From Candidatus Udaeobacter sp. (lineage in GTDB: Bacteria > Patescibacteriota > Patescibacteriia > Magasanikbacterales > GWA2-37-8): 64,000 bases of DNA. The notes under the pieces are model-generated. The model was not told the origin of the DNA. It searched no databases and was given only the letters and a program-made list of their open reading frames with translations. Within the stretch, counting starts at the first letter, position 1. Each line of letters opens with the position of its first letter. A program made the position numbers and the translations under genes. The stretch lies in contig DATION010000005.1 of assembly GCA_035473115.1 (NCBI GenBank), positions 4,399 to 68,398 of the forward strand, in the 5' to 3' direction. Below are positions 9,404 to 18,879 of this stretch, in pieces.

Positions 9404-10645
9404 CTAAATTATTCTATTCCACAAATCTACAAAAAAACCTTTGAAATGACCTAAGTCTTTTACAGTAATAACTACCACCAAAATCATTAAAATTGCGAAG
9501 CCAACACCATGGGCAATCTGTTCATACTTTTGCGAAACTGATTGAAGTTTAATTTTACTAACAATCAAGAATAACAATCTACCGCCATCCAAAGCTGGGA
9601 TGGGTAAAATATTTAAGATCGCCAGGTTCAAAGAAAGTACGGCCATAAAATTTAACAGATAGCTAAAACCAAGCTTGGCTACTTGGCCAGTCATTACCGC
9701 TATACCAACCGGACCGGACAATGCTTCGCCCGCTCCCCGGCCGGCAAATAAACCAGCGATCAAATAATAGAAAGATAAAACTATCTCTTTCAGATAAAAA
9801 CCGGTTGTCAAAAATCCATAATATATTGCTTTGTACCACGGATAGCTGACTGTGCCGGCTTCAACTAGCCCAACGCCCAAACCGCCCTTGCCAGTATCCG
9901 GATAAATAAACGGATGAATTTTTTTAGTAATTCTTTCGTTACCTCTTTTTACGGTTATCTCAACATCTTGATCTTTAAAATTATTTACATAATTTTGCAT
10001 TTCAGTAATACTTGGTTTTTCCATTCCGCCCACATTGACCACTACATCTCCGGGCTGTATCCCAGCTAGTGCTGCCGGTTTACCAGACATAACTTGGGTA
10101 ATTTCCAAATGTTTATCTTTTACATTTACTCCCACAGGCAAATTGTCTATTGCCTGCGGCAAACCCAACATTAAACCTACAGAGAGTAAAATAAAAGCCA
10201 AAACCACATTCATCGTTACCCCGCCAAGCAGAGTTGCGGCTCGTTTCCAAAAACTCTGTGCGCTAAAACTGTCTGGACCAACTTCTTCGCCGTTTTCACC
10301 TTTAATCTGCACAAAACCACCTAGGGGAATTAAATTTAAAGAATATAAAGTTCCCTCCTCCGCTTCGCTTGGCAATGGCAGACCTGATTCTAATCCGTCG
10401 CTTACCATCTGTTTGCCTTTACCCCAAACTAGCTTCCATTTTTTTTCTCCATTGGAATTTTTTTGCCACTGTATTCCCAAAATTCGGGGTGGAAAGCCAA
10501 AGCCAAACTCATAGACCTTCATGCCGCTGCCGCGAGCAATTATAAAATGCCCAAATTCATGAGATAAGACCAAAACAGCCAAAACTGCGATAAAAATTAA
10601 AAAAGTTATCATAATTATTGATAAATTAACCTGTTTACTATACAA
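9404..10645 (-). CDS. rseP: RIP (site-2) zinc metalloprotease RseP
   Basis: HEFGHF zinc motif in the first TM region, a PDZ domain, and a polytopic membrane topology. Confidence 0.85.
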   Translation of the reverse strand: MYSKQVNLSIIMITFLIFIAVLAVLVLSHEFGHFIIARGSGMKVYEFGFGFPPRILGIQWQKNSNGEKKWKLVWGKGKQMVSDGLESGLPLPSEAEEGTLYSLNLIPLGGFVQIKGENGEEVGPDSFSAQSFWKRAATLLGGVTMNVVLAFILLSVGLMLGLPQAIDNLPVGVNVKDKHLEITQVMSGKPAALAGIQPGDVVVNVGGMEKPSITEMQNYVNNFKDQDVEITVKRGNERITKKIHPFIYPDTGKGGLGVGLVEAGTVSYPWYKAIYYGFLTTGFYLKEIVLSFYYLIAGLFAGRGAGEALSGPVGIAVMTGQVAKLGFSYLLNFMAVLSLNLAILNILPIPALDGGRLLFLIVSKIKLQSVSQKYEQIAHGVGFAILMILVVVITVKDLGHFKGFFVDLWNRII

Positions 10646-10648
10646 TAC

Positions 10649-10676
10649 CAGTCATTATATACTACGGTATATAATG
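10649..10676. promoter_or_regulatory. Perfect 12-bp inverted repeat (GTCATTATATAC-TACG-GTATATAATGAC) in the divergent rseP/lemA promoter region
   Basis: Seen directly in the sequence. It embeds a TATAAT-like hexamer. Confidence 0.4.
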
Positions 10677-10788
10677 ACCTCGTTCAGACAAGTAAAAATA
10701 AATTCTTACTTATCACTCACTTCGGATATTATATAGTAAGATTATAAAAAAGCCAATAGGAATATTTAATTCAATAATTTAAAGGAAT

Positions 10789-11349
10789 ATGCAAGCATTT
10801 TACGTTATTTTGGCAGGCATCGCAGTACTAACTTTATGGTTAGTGGCCATATATAATGGTTTGATCCGCGCCAAAAACCGAGTCGACGAATCCTTTAGTG
10901 ACATTGATGTCCAATTAAAACGCCGCTACGACTTAATACCTAATTTGGTAGCTACAGTCAAAGGCTACATGACTCATGAGCAAGAAACTTTGGTAAAACT
11001 TACTGAAGCCAGAACTGCAGCTATGAATATGGGTCAAAATGCCACTTTAATGGATAAAGAAAGGGTAGAAAACCAGCTGAGCCAAACTTTAAAATCTCTG
11101 TTTGCCGTAACTGAAAATTACCCGGAATTAAAAGCTAGTCAGAACTTTTTGCAATTACAGGATGAGATCAGCGATACGGAAAATAAAATCCAGGCTGCCC
11201 GCCGATTTTATAACGGCAATGTGCGCGACTTTAATATTAAAATCGCAGTCTTCCCTAACAATATGATTGCCGGTTCACTTGGATTTAAAAAATACGACTT
11301 CTTCCAAACTGTGGCTGCGGAAAAAGAAAATGTGCAGGTTAAGTTTTAA
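10789..11349 (+). CDS. lemA: LemA family membrane protein
   Basis: N-terminal TM helix followed by the LemA core (LIRAKNRVDESFSDIDVQLKRRYDLIPNLV). Confidence 0.85.
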   Translation: MQAFYVILAGIAVLTLWLVAIYNGLIRAKNRVDESFSDIDVQLKRRYDLIPNLVATVKGYMTHEQETLVKLTEARTAAMNMGQNATLMDKERVENQLSQTLKSLFAVTENYPELKASQNFLQLQDEISDTENKIQAARRFYNGNVRDFNIKIAVFPNNMIAGSLGFKKYDFFQTVAAEKENVQVKF

Positions 11350-11359
11350 TTGAACCAAT

Positions 11360-11776
11360 ATGGAAATGCGTAATACTGAATACAATGGAATATATAGAGG
11401 TTTTACTGAACCGAAAGATCAAGATTCAGCAATTGCTCAAATGAGAAAAGAGATCGCTGCGGAAGGAAATGAAACAGAAGACGAAGTAGATGGAAAAGAA
11501 AAAAAAGGAAAAGTTGGTCTGCAGTTAGATGAAAAGGTGGATATAAAAACCCCTAATAAATTATTTAGAGCTGCTCTTGAAAATGGTGTTAAACCAAAAG
11601 ATATAGTTTTTTACTCTGTAGCCGCAGGTATATTAAGATGGATTGATAATGGTGGCTCTACAGAAATTTTTTGTTATGCCAACAAAACTCCGGGAGAAAA
11701 TTACAGCATGTATATAAATACTAAAGGCAAAATTTCCGGTATCCGCACAGCTAATCAGACTGAGCTTAGCAACTAA
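11360..11776 (+). CDS. Hypothetical soluble protein (138 aa) between lemA and the M48 protease
   Basis: ORF only; I recognise no motif. Confidence 0.4.
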   Translation: MEMRNTEYNGIYRGFTEPKDQDSAIAQMRKEIAAEGNETEDEVDGKEKKGKVGLQLDEKVDIKTPNKLFRAALENGVKPKDIVFYSVAAGILRWIDNGGSTEIFCYANKTPGENYSMYINTKGKISGIRTANQTELSN

Positions 11777-11782
11777 ATAATT

Positions 11783-12667
11783 ATGTACTCCCAAATAGAT
11801 TCCAATAAAAGACAGTCTGTTTTATTGATGATGATTTTTATCGCCGTCATTATTGGTTTGGGTTATGTTTTTGACAAAGCTTCCGGCACTGGTTCTTATG
11901 GCGGAGTGTTTTTTGCCATCTTATTTTCTTTTGGCATGACCGCTGTTTCCTATTTTCAGGGGGACAAGATTGCTTTATGGTCCAGCCACGCCCAACCAAT
12001 TGCCAAAGCAGATAATCCTTATGTTTATCGCCTAATAGAAAATTTAGCTATAACCAATGGCACGCCTACGCCAAAAATTTATATCATCGAAGACCAAGCC
12101 ATAAACGCTTTTGCGACCGGCCGCAAACCAGAATTGGCTTCCATTGCCGTTACCACTGGCGCGATAGCCAAACTAACCAACGAAGAATTAGAAGGCGTGT
12201 TGGCACACGAACTTTCTCATGTAAAAAACTATGATATTCGGTTTATGACTTTGGTAGCCGTGCTAGTCGGCGCTATCGCGATACTTTCTAATATATTTTT
12301 ACGCAGCCGCTGGCTGCCTCGCCGCAACAACGATCGTGAAGGCGGAAATATTGGCGCTATTTTTATGATTATCGGAATAATTTTGGCAATTTTATCCCCT
12401 ATTATTGCCGAACTAATTAAGCTGGCGATTTCTCGTCGCCGTGAATACTTGGCTGATGCTTCTGGAGCACTACTCACTCGCTACCCCGAAGGTTTAGCCA
12501 AAGCGTTAGAAAAAATTGCTGCCGAAAATATACCGATGACAAGTGCTAGTCAAGCAACCGCGCATCTTTTTTTGGCCAACCCATTTGCCGGCCGCAAAGT
12601 TTCTGATTTATTTTCCACTCACCCGCCGATAATGGAACGTATTAAAAAATTACGAGAGATGGCTTAA
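11783..12667 (+). CDS. htpX: HtpX-like M48 family zinc metalloprotease
   Basis: HELSHV zinc-binding motif and multiple TM helices. Confidence 0.85.
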   Translation: MYSQIDSNKRQSVLLMMIFIAVIIGLGYVFDKASGTGSYGGVFFAILFSFGMTAVSYFQGDKIALWSSHAQPIAKADNPYVYRLIENLAITNGTPTPKIYIIEDQAINAFATGRKPELASIAVTTGAIAKLTNEELEGVLAHELSHVKNYDIRFMTLVAVLVGAIAILSNIFLRSRWLPRRNNDREGGNIGAIFMIIGIILAILSPIIAELIKLAISRRREYLADASGALLTRYPEGLAKALEKIAAENIPMTSASQATAHLFLANPFAGRKVSDLFSTHPPIMERIKKLREMA

Positions 12668-12679
12668 TTGTGAAAATAT

Positions 12680-13093
12680 ATGAAAATAGGAATTATTGGT
12701 AGCATGCACTTTAGTGAAAAAATGCTAGAGATTGCTAAAAATCTTAAAACACTCAACCACGAGCCAATTCTTTCAAATTTTATTAATGATTTCCCCGGAC
12801 AGAATGATGAAGAAAAAGAACGAATAAAACTTGATCAAAAATTTAACGAGGATGCTATGCGGCGCGATTGGGAAACCATGAAATCAGCCGACGCGCTTCT
12901 GGTAATAAATATGGAACGTCATGGCATACCCAACTATATTGGAGGCAACACGCTTTTTGAGTTAGCAGCCGGGTATTTCACTGGGAAAAAAATTTTTCTC
13001 TATAATCCTGTCCCTGAAATTCAGTATTACAAATCTGAAATTGAAGCAACTAAACCAACTATAATAAATGGAGATTTATCAAAAATAATATAA
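12680..13093 (+). CDS. Nucleoside 2-deoxyribosyltransferase-like protein
   Basis: N-terminal KIGIIGSM Rossmann start and a C-terminal ELAAGYFTGKKIF motif matching the NDT-family E-x-G-x-A-x3-GKP signature. Confidence 0.5.
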   Translation: MKIGIIGSMHFSEKMLEIAKNLKTLNHEPILSNFINDFPGQNDEEKERIKLDQKFNEDAMRRDWETMKSADALLVINMERHGIPNYIGGNTLFELAAGYFTGKKIFLYNPVPEIQYYKSEIEATKPTIINGDLSKII

Positions 13094-13095
13094 TT

Positions 13096-13521
13096 ATGGA
13101 TCAAAACAACCAATACCCAAAAGTCGGGGTCGGAGTAATGATTTTTAAAGATGGTAAAGTTTTATTAGGCAAAAGAAAAAACGCCCATGGCGAAGGTGCT
13201 TATGCTTGGCCAGGCGGCCATATGGAATATATGGAATCTTTTGCAGATTGCGCCAAAAGAGAAACAATGGAAGAAACAGGTATGGAAATAGAAAATGTTA
13301 GATTTCTTAGATTATATAATCTAAAAGAATACGCCCCTAAACATTATGTTGATGTTGGGCTTATAGCCGATTGGAAAAGTGGCGAACCAAAAATAATGGA
13401 GCCAGAAAAATGTGAGGGCTGGGATTGGTATGACATGGATAATTTACCTCAGCCTTTATTCAGTACTATTCCAAGCTACATTGAAGCTTACAAAACTGGC
13501 AGAAATTTTTTTGATAATTAA
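13096..13521 (+). CDS. Nudix hydrolase (MutT-like)
   Basis: Nudix box GGHMEYMESFADCAKRETMEETG. Confidence 0.8.
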   Translation: MDQNNQYPKVGVGVMIFKDGKVLLGKRKNAHGEGAYAWPGGHMEYMESFADCAKRETMEETGMEIENVRFLRLYNLKEYAPKHYVDVGLIADWKSGEPKIMEPEKCEGWDWYDMDNLPQPLFSTIPSYIEAYKTGRNFFDN

Positions 13522-13522
13522 A

Positions 13523-13852
13523 TTAACGACTGCGTGTCTGCGGATTTGGTCCAAACAATTTATCAAATACTGAAAGTTTACGCACAGTGTTGCGTTCATT
13601 TTTTAAAAACACTTCGCCGGATTCTTTGCCAATTTTCTGCACAACATACTCAAAGGCGCGCATATCATCTTCTAACTTGGCTTTAATAATCATTTTTGGT
13701 TTTAATCCGGTCTGTTTTATACGGGCAGAAATTTGCTGGCGCTTATTAAAATCAACATCCTTTTGATCTTCCTGGTTTTGGCGGCCAATACTTTCTCTTT
13801 TAGATAACCAACGACCGGCTGGGCTAACTGGCGTGGAAGACATTTTGGACAT
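13523..13852 (-). CDS. Hypothetical basic protein (109 aa)
   Basis: ORF only, Lys/Arg-rich. The true start may be internal. Confidence 0.35.
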   Translation of the reverse strand: MSKMSSTPVSPAGRWLSKRESIGRQNQEDQKDVDFNKRQQISARIKQTGLKPKMIIKAKLEDDMRAFEYVVQKIGKESGEVFLKNERNTVRKLSVFDKLFGPNPQTRSR

Positions 13853-13869
13853 AAATTAAAATTAATTAT

Positions 13870-14763
13870 TTATAAAGCTTCAACTTCTTCAATAATATCT
13901 TCCTCATCAACTTCAACCTCTGGAGTTTCTTGATATGGACCGCGGCGCTCTGCTGGCAACATTGTACCAATGGCTGCGGCCACAGTATCGGCATCTTCTT
14001 TTAATCTTCTGGAAACTCTGGAAAATTCCTTGACCTCATCGGCTGTCACAACTTCTCCCTGTTTGCGCTTATTCATAACTGTAGCAATAATTGAAACATC
14101 TAAAGGCAGTAATTTGATAGGCTTACCTACATGATAAGTACCTTCGGCTTTTTTCCTACCAGCCACAGCTTTAGCTAATTCCCAAGGCCCTTCCAAATTA
14201 ACTGATCCGCCGTTATATTCCAAAGCTGCGGGAATAATCATAGCTCCGCTTTTGTGGGCTAAATAAATAGCGCCTATGCCTGCTTTACGCATTTCTTCCT
14301 CTTTAGTCCAAGGATGTACAGCTATCCAGGGAGTTTTTCCTTTTTCAATACCTTCTTCTAATCCGGCGAAATCTGCTGGATTAAAAACTCCATGCTTGTT
14401 GCCACCCTTGCCTTTCTCATACGATAAAGGAGTAAAATTTTCTTTTCCAGCCAATTTAAATAATAAATTTTGCGCGGCAGTTCGCTTAAAATGAACTGAC
14501 TCAGCCGTAACTTGAATGTCTAAAATATCCCCCAGCGCTTCCACTGTTGCGGGAGCATCCAGATTAGAAAAATGCGACGTGGCAATGACAAATTTAGCGT
14601 TCGGGTTTTCTTTCAATTCTTGTTTAACTTCTTCTTTTCCTTCCACCTGAAAATTACGACAGAAAAAATCCACTATTTTCTTTACTCTTTCTCGAAATTT
14701 AGTGGGAGTTTCTCTTTTTTGGGTTTTTTCAACTTCCATTCCACCTCTAAAACCTTCACGCAT
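13870..14763 (-). CDS. Putative PlsC-like lysophospholipid acyltransferase
   Basis: HFSNLD resembles the HxxxxD acyltransferase motif. The assignment is tentative. Confidence 0.4.
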   Translation of the reverse strand: MREGFRGGMEVEKTQKRETPTKFRERVKKIVDFFCRNFQVEGKEEVKQELKENPNAKFVIATSHFSNLDAPATVEALGDILDIQVTAESVHFKRTAAQNLLFKLAGKENFTPLSYEKGKGGNKHGVFNPADFAGLEEGIEKGKTPWIAVHPWTKEEEMRKAGIGAIYLAHKSGAMIIPAALEYNGGSVNLEGPWELAKAVAGRKKAEGTYHVGKPIKLLPLDVSIIATVMNKRKQGEVVTADEVKEFSRVSRRLKEDADTVAAAIGTMLPAERRGPYQETPEVEVDEEDIIEEVEAL

Positions 14764-14785
14764 AAAAATAAATTAATACTAAGGT

Positions 14786-14896
14786 CAAATCATTATTGAT
14801 TTTTGCAGCGGCCATCGCACCCTCAGATGGGTGCCTGCAGGGCATTTGCCTGTCCCCTTTAGGGGGGCTGCCAGAAAATTAATAATAATTAATTAT
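14786..14896. repeat. Palindromic repeat family 2, copy A (core TTTTTGCAGCGGCCATCGCACCCTCAGATGGGTGCCTGCAGGGCATTTGCC with AT-rich inverted flanks)
   Basis: The core recurs at 40598-40681 and inverted at 24652-24735. Nested stems GCACCC/GGGTGC and TGCAG/CTGCA. Lies between two minus-strand genes. Confidence 0.7.
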
Positions 14897-16257
14897 TATT
14901 GTATTATACCACTAATCTCTTTTACTTTCTCTTTCATAATTTCTTCGCTGACTGCTTCTAAATTCAAACGCATTTTATTTTCCGTATTGGAAGCGCGGAC
15001 ATTAAACCAAAAATCCGGCCACTGGAAACTCAGACCATCAAAATCATATTGCAAATTAGCGCCGTATTTATCTTTTAATTTTTTAAAGACTGCTTCTTTG
15101 TCGGTAACGGCAAAATTGATTTCTCCGGACTGATGATATTTTTGCAGCGGCGTAACATATTCACTAAATTCTTTTCCGCTTCCCGACAACTCCTGCAAAA
15201 TCTTCAAGGTCATAATTTCCGGAACTTCAAATGTTCCGTGCGGCATCTTTAAAAAGAAATGCCCCGAAGATTCACCGGCAAAAACTGCTTCCACTTCGCG
15301 CATTTTTTCTTTTATCAAAGAATGACCTACTCTGGTTACCACCGGCACACCCCCTGCTTCCTCAATCATATCTATAGTAATTTTCCCTGGACGGATATCG
15401 TAACCCACTTTAGCGCCTGGATTATCGCGCAAAAAAATCTTGGCCAAAATACCGCGCAAAATTGCCGGCTCAATTGTCTTGCCTTTATTATCTACAAAAA
15501 ATATTCTGTCCGCATCGCCATCTAGAGCAATTCCCAAATCTGCGCCAGTCTCCAAAACTTTTTGCTGCAAAGCATGATTGTTTTCGTCTTTTAGCGGATC
15601 AGCTTCGTGATTAGGAAATCGGCCGTCGAGCTCAAAATACATTTTTATTAATTCACAAGGCAAATATTTAAACAATTCTGCCATTAGCGGCCCGCCCATG
15701 CCATTGGCGGTGTCTACCACAATTTTAAACGGTTTTATTTTCTGCAAATCAGCATAACCCAAAGCATACTTTATTTGCTCGGCCAAAACTCCTTCTAGTT
15801 TGGAAACATTTCCTTTTTTGACAACTTCGGGAAATTCATTAGCCTCTACCATATCTCTGACTTCCATAATACCGGTATCGCCGCTAATGGGCACGGCCGC
15901 AGCGCGGGTCATTTTAAAACCATTATACTGCGCTGGATTATGCGAAGCGGAAACTTGCAAACCAGCATCATAGCCATAATAGCTGACGCCGAAATAAAAA
16001 GTTGGGGTGGAAGCCAAACCAATATCTACCACATTTACTCCCTGGTCGGTGATGCCTTTGACTACAGATTCAAAAAGAGATGGCGAGGAAGCGCGCATGT
16101 CCTGGCCAACCGCTACAGTAATACTGTCTTTAGCGACTTCTTTTTTTATAAGTTCGGCAAAAGCCCGACCAACACGGTAAGCAATTTCTTCGTTTAATTC
16201 ACTAGGATAAACTCCTCGAATGTCATAGGCTTTAAAGATGTTTTTGGCGATTTGCAT
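14896..16257 (-). CDS. Phosphoglucomutase/phosphomannomutase family protein
   Basis: Active-site SASHNPAQYNGFK and an N-terminal KAYDIRG motif. Confidence 0.85.
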   Translation of the reverse strand: MQIAKNIFKAYDIRGVYPSELNEEIAYRVGRAFAELIKKEVAKDSITVAVGQDMRASSPSLFESVVKGITDQGVNVVDIGLASTPTFYFGVSYYGYDAGLQVSASHNPAQYNGFKMTRAAAVPISGDTGIMEVRDMVEANEFPEVVKKGNVSKLEGVLAEQIKYALGYADLQKIKPFKIVVDTANGMGGPLMAELFKYLPCELIKMYFELDGRFPNHEADPLKDENNHALQQKVLETGADLGIALDGDADRIFFVDNKGKTIEPAILRGILAKIFLRDNPGAKVGYDIRPGKITIDMIEEAGGVPVVTRVGHSLIKEKMREVEAVFAGESSGHFFLKMPHGTFEVPEIMTLKILQELSGSGKEFSEYVTPLQKYHQSGEINFAVTDKEAVFKKLKDKYGANLQYDFDGLSFQWPDFWFNVRASNTENKMRLNLEAVSEEIMKEKVKEISGIIQ

Positions 16258-16335
16258 AAAAAAATTATAATTGACTTTTTAGCTTAAATTAGTATATAAT
16301 AAGCAACATAATGAGTCAAAATTTAAACTAAAAAC

Positions 16336-18867
16336 ATGAACATCATTGACCGATTTTCCACTCACCTGCGTGAAGTTCTGGTTGGCAGCGTGCGCATTGC
16401 CACAGACCTAAAAAATCCTTCGGTAGAACCGATTCATCTTTTGCTGGCTTTATCTATGCAGAAAGGATCTGTGGCCAATGAAATTTTAAACCGATATAAA
16501 CTGGATACAAAAAATATCGAAAAAATTATTGCTGAATTAAAACCTGAAATTAATTTAACAACAAAAATTGACCCTTCGCCATTTTCGGCAAACTCCAAAT
16601 CTGCTTTAGAAAAAGCTTTGGTCATCGCCCAAAAAAATAGCCACAACTACTTGGGCACCGAACATCTACTCTCCGCTCTGCTTAACCTTAACGATTCATC
16701 AATAGAAGAGCTGCTTACCGGAAATAAAGTTAAAAAAACCGAACTAAACGAACAGCTGGAAATTGTACTAGCCACCGCTTCCCAATTTCCGCAAATTACT
16801 GAAATACCAGAAGTAATTAGTCATATGCAAGAAGGCTTATCCGACGACGCTATGCTGCAACAAATTTTGCCCACAGACAAAAAAAATAAGAAAAAAGAAT
16901 CAGCCCTAAATTTTTTTGCGGCCAATTTAACTAATCCTGATATTCAAGCTGACATTGATCCGGTAATTGGCCGGGAAACAGAGATCGAACGCATGATGCA
17001 GATTTTGTGCCGCCGCACCAAAAACAACCCGATTCTTTTGGGAGAACCGGGCGTGGGCAAAACAGCTATTGTTGAAGGTCTGGCCAAAAAAATCGCTGCC
17101 GGCGAAGTGCCAGACGCGCTGCTCAACAAAAAAATATACGCTCTAGATATGGGTATGCTTATTGCCGGCACAGCTTACCGCGGTGAATTCGAAGGCCGCT
17201 TGCGCCAAGTAATTGAAGATGTCAGCAGTGACCCAAATATAATTTTGTTTATTGACGAGCTGCACAACATTGTCGGCGCTGGCTCCAACCAAGGCACCAT
17301 GGACGCAGCCAACATTCTAAAGCCAGCTTTGGCGCGCGGCGAAATTCGCTGCATCGGCGCCACCACTCCGGCCGAATTTAAAAAACATATTGAAAGCGAC
17401 GCCGCTCTCGAAAGACGCTTCCAGCCGATTTATGTCAAAGAGCCATCGGTGGCCGACACGATTAAAATTCTTAGCGGCATAAAAAGTAACTACGAAATTT
17501 TTCATAACTTAAAAATTACTGACCAAGCTATAGCCAAAACTGTGCAACTGGCTGATCGTTATATCACCAACAAACTTTTGCCAGACAAAGCCATTGATCT
17601 TTTGGATGAAACTGCGGCAGCTAAACGTTTAAAAACCAAACCGACTCTGGCCGAAGCCAAATTATGGCGCCTGAAGCAAGAATTAGAAAAAACAATTTCT
17701 GCCAAAGAAGTTGCCGCTGGCAATGATAAATTTAACGAAGCAGTAAGACTAAAAGAAAAAGAAAAAATTCTGGAGCAGGAAATAAAATATTACAAAGAAA
17801 AAACTGCTCTGCAAAAAACTGCCAAAACAGAAACGGTTATTACTGAAGAAGATATAATTAACCAATTGGCAAAAATAATCGACACGCCGATTCGTGATTT
17901 ATTTATTAAAAAACAAGGCCGCGCTTCAATGGACGCTGCGCGACATGATTCCGCTGAATCAAATAATTTAATCAACTTTGAATCCGAACTGCAAAAACGC
18001 ATTATTGGCCAAGATGAAGTTTTGCATGAAGTCGCCCAAATTATCCAGCAAGCGCAGTTGGAACTTTCCAGCCCAAATCGCCCACTGGCTTCGTTTTTGT
18101 TTGTCGGCGAAAGCGGCGTGGGCAAAACCGAACTGGCAAAGTCTTTGGCGCAAACACTGTATCCAAACCAAAATTCTTTTATCCAGCTCAACATGAGTGA
18201 GTTTAACGAAAGTTTTAGTGTTTCTAAACTGCTTGGCTCCCCAGCCGGATATATTGGCTACAAAGAAAGCAACCAATTTACTGACCGGATTAAAATGAAT
18301 CCCTACTGCGTGGTTTTGCTAGATGAAATCGACAAAGCCCATAAAGATGTAACTAAACTTCTTTTGCAGATGTTGGAAAATGGCGAAATCACCGACTCAG
18401 TCGGCAAAAAAATATCCCTCAAGCACGCTGTGATTATCCTGACCACTTCACTGGGCGGAGAAGAAATGAAAAAAAATAATATCGGCTTTGAAAACAATAA
18501 CAATAATTCCGAAAACAAAAAACGGATCAAAGAAAAACTAAAAGAATTTTTCTCTCCCGAGCTTATAAACCGGTTGGATCAAATCTGTATTTTCAACAAT
18601 CTTACCAAAGCTGACCTGGCCAAAATTGCCGCTTTGGAAATTATTGATTTGAATAAACAGCTAGAGCAATACCACACCGCTATTAAAGCCGAAGACAAAA
18701 TCTTTGACTGGTTTGTCGGCCAGCTGACCGAAAAAAATAACGCCCGCGAAGTCCGCCGCCAAATCAGAAATCAGGTAGAAAAAATGATGGCTGAAATTAT
18801 CATGCAAGATAAAATAAAAACTCAACACAAGTTGGTTTTGCAGCAAAATAAATTGTCAGTAAAATAA
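16336..18867 (+). CDS. clpC: Clp-family AAA+ chaperone ATPase (ClpC-like)
   Basis: Clp N-domain repeats, two Walker A boxes (GEPGVGKT, GESGVGKT), a short coiled-coil middle domain, 843 aa. Confidence 0.85.
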   Translation: MNIIDRFSTHLREVLVGSVRIATDLKNPSVEPIHLLLALSMQKGSVANEILNRYKLDTKNIEKIIAELKPEINLTTKIDPSPFSANSKSALEKALVIAQKNSHNYLGTEHLLSALLNLNDSSIEELLTGNKVKKTELNEQLEIVLATASQFPQITEIPEVISHMQEGLSDDAMLQQILPTDKKNKKKESALNFFAANLTNPDIQADIDPVIGRETEIERMMQILCRRTKNNPILLGEPGVGKTAIVEGLAKKIAAGEVPDALLNKKIYALDMGMLIAGTAYRGEFEGRLRQVIEDVSSDPNIILFIDELHNIVGAGSNQGTMDAANILKPALARGEIRCIGATTPAEFKKHIESDAALERRFQPIYVKEPSVADTIKILSGIKSNYEIFHNLKITDQAIAKTVQLADRYITNKLLPDKAIDLLDETAAAKRLKTKPTLAEAKLWRLKQELEKTISAKEVAAGNDKFNEAVRLKEKEKILEQEIKYYKEKTALQKTAKTETVITEEDIINQLAKIIDTPIRDLFIKKQGRASMDAARHDSAESNNLINFESELQKRIIGQDEVLHEVAQIIQQAQLELSSPNRPLASFLFVGESGVGKTELAKSLAQTLYPNQNSFIQLNMSEFNESFSVSKLLGSPAGYIGYKESNQFTDRIKMNPYCVVLLDEIDKAHKDVTKLLLQMLENGEITDSVGKKISLKHAVIILTTSLGGEEMKKNNIGFENNNNNSENKKRIKEKLKEFFSPELINRLDQICIFNNLTKADLAKIAALEIIDLNKQLEQYHTAIKAEDKIFDWFVGQLTEKNNAREVRRQIRNQVEKMMAEIIMQDKIKTQHKLVLQQNKLSVK

Positions 18868-18879
18868 TTTTCTCCTATT

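Noticed and set aside
16258-16335. CtsR operator upstream of clpC
   Set aside because: GTCAA-containing heptads are present (AAGTCAA on the minus strand, GAGTCAAAA on the plus strand) but not as the tandem direct repeat A/GGTCAAANANA/GGTCAAA. They are not convincing.
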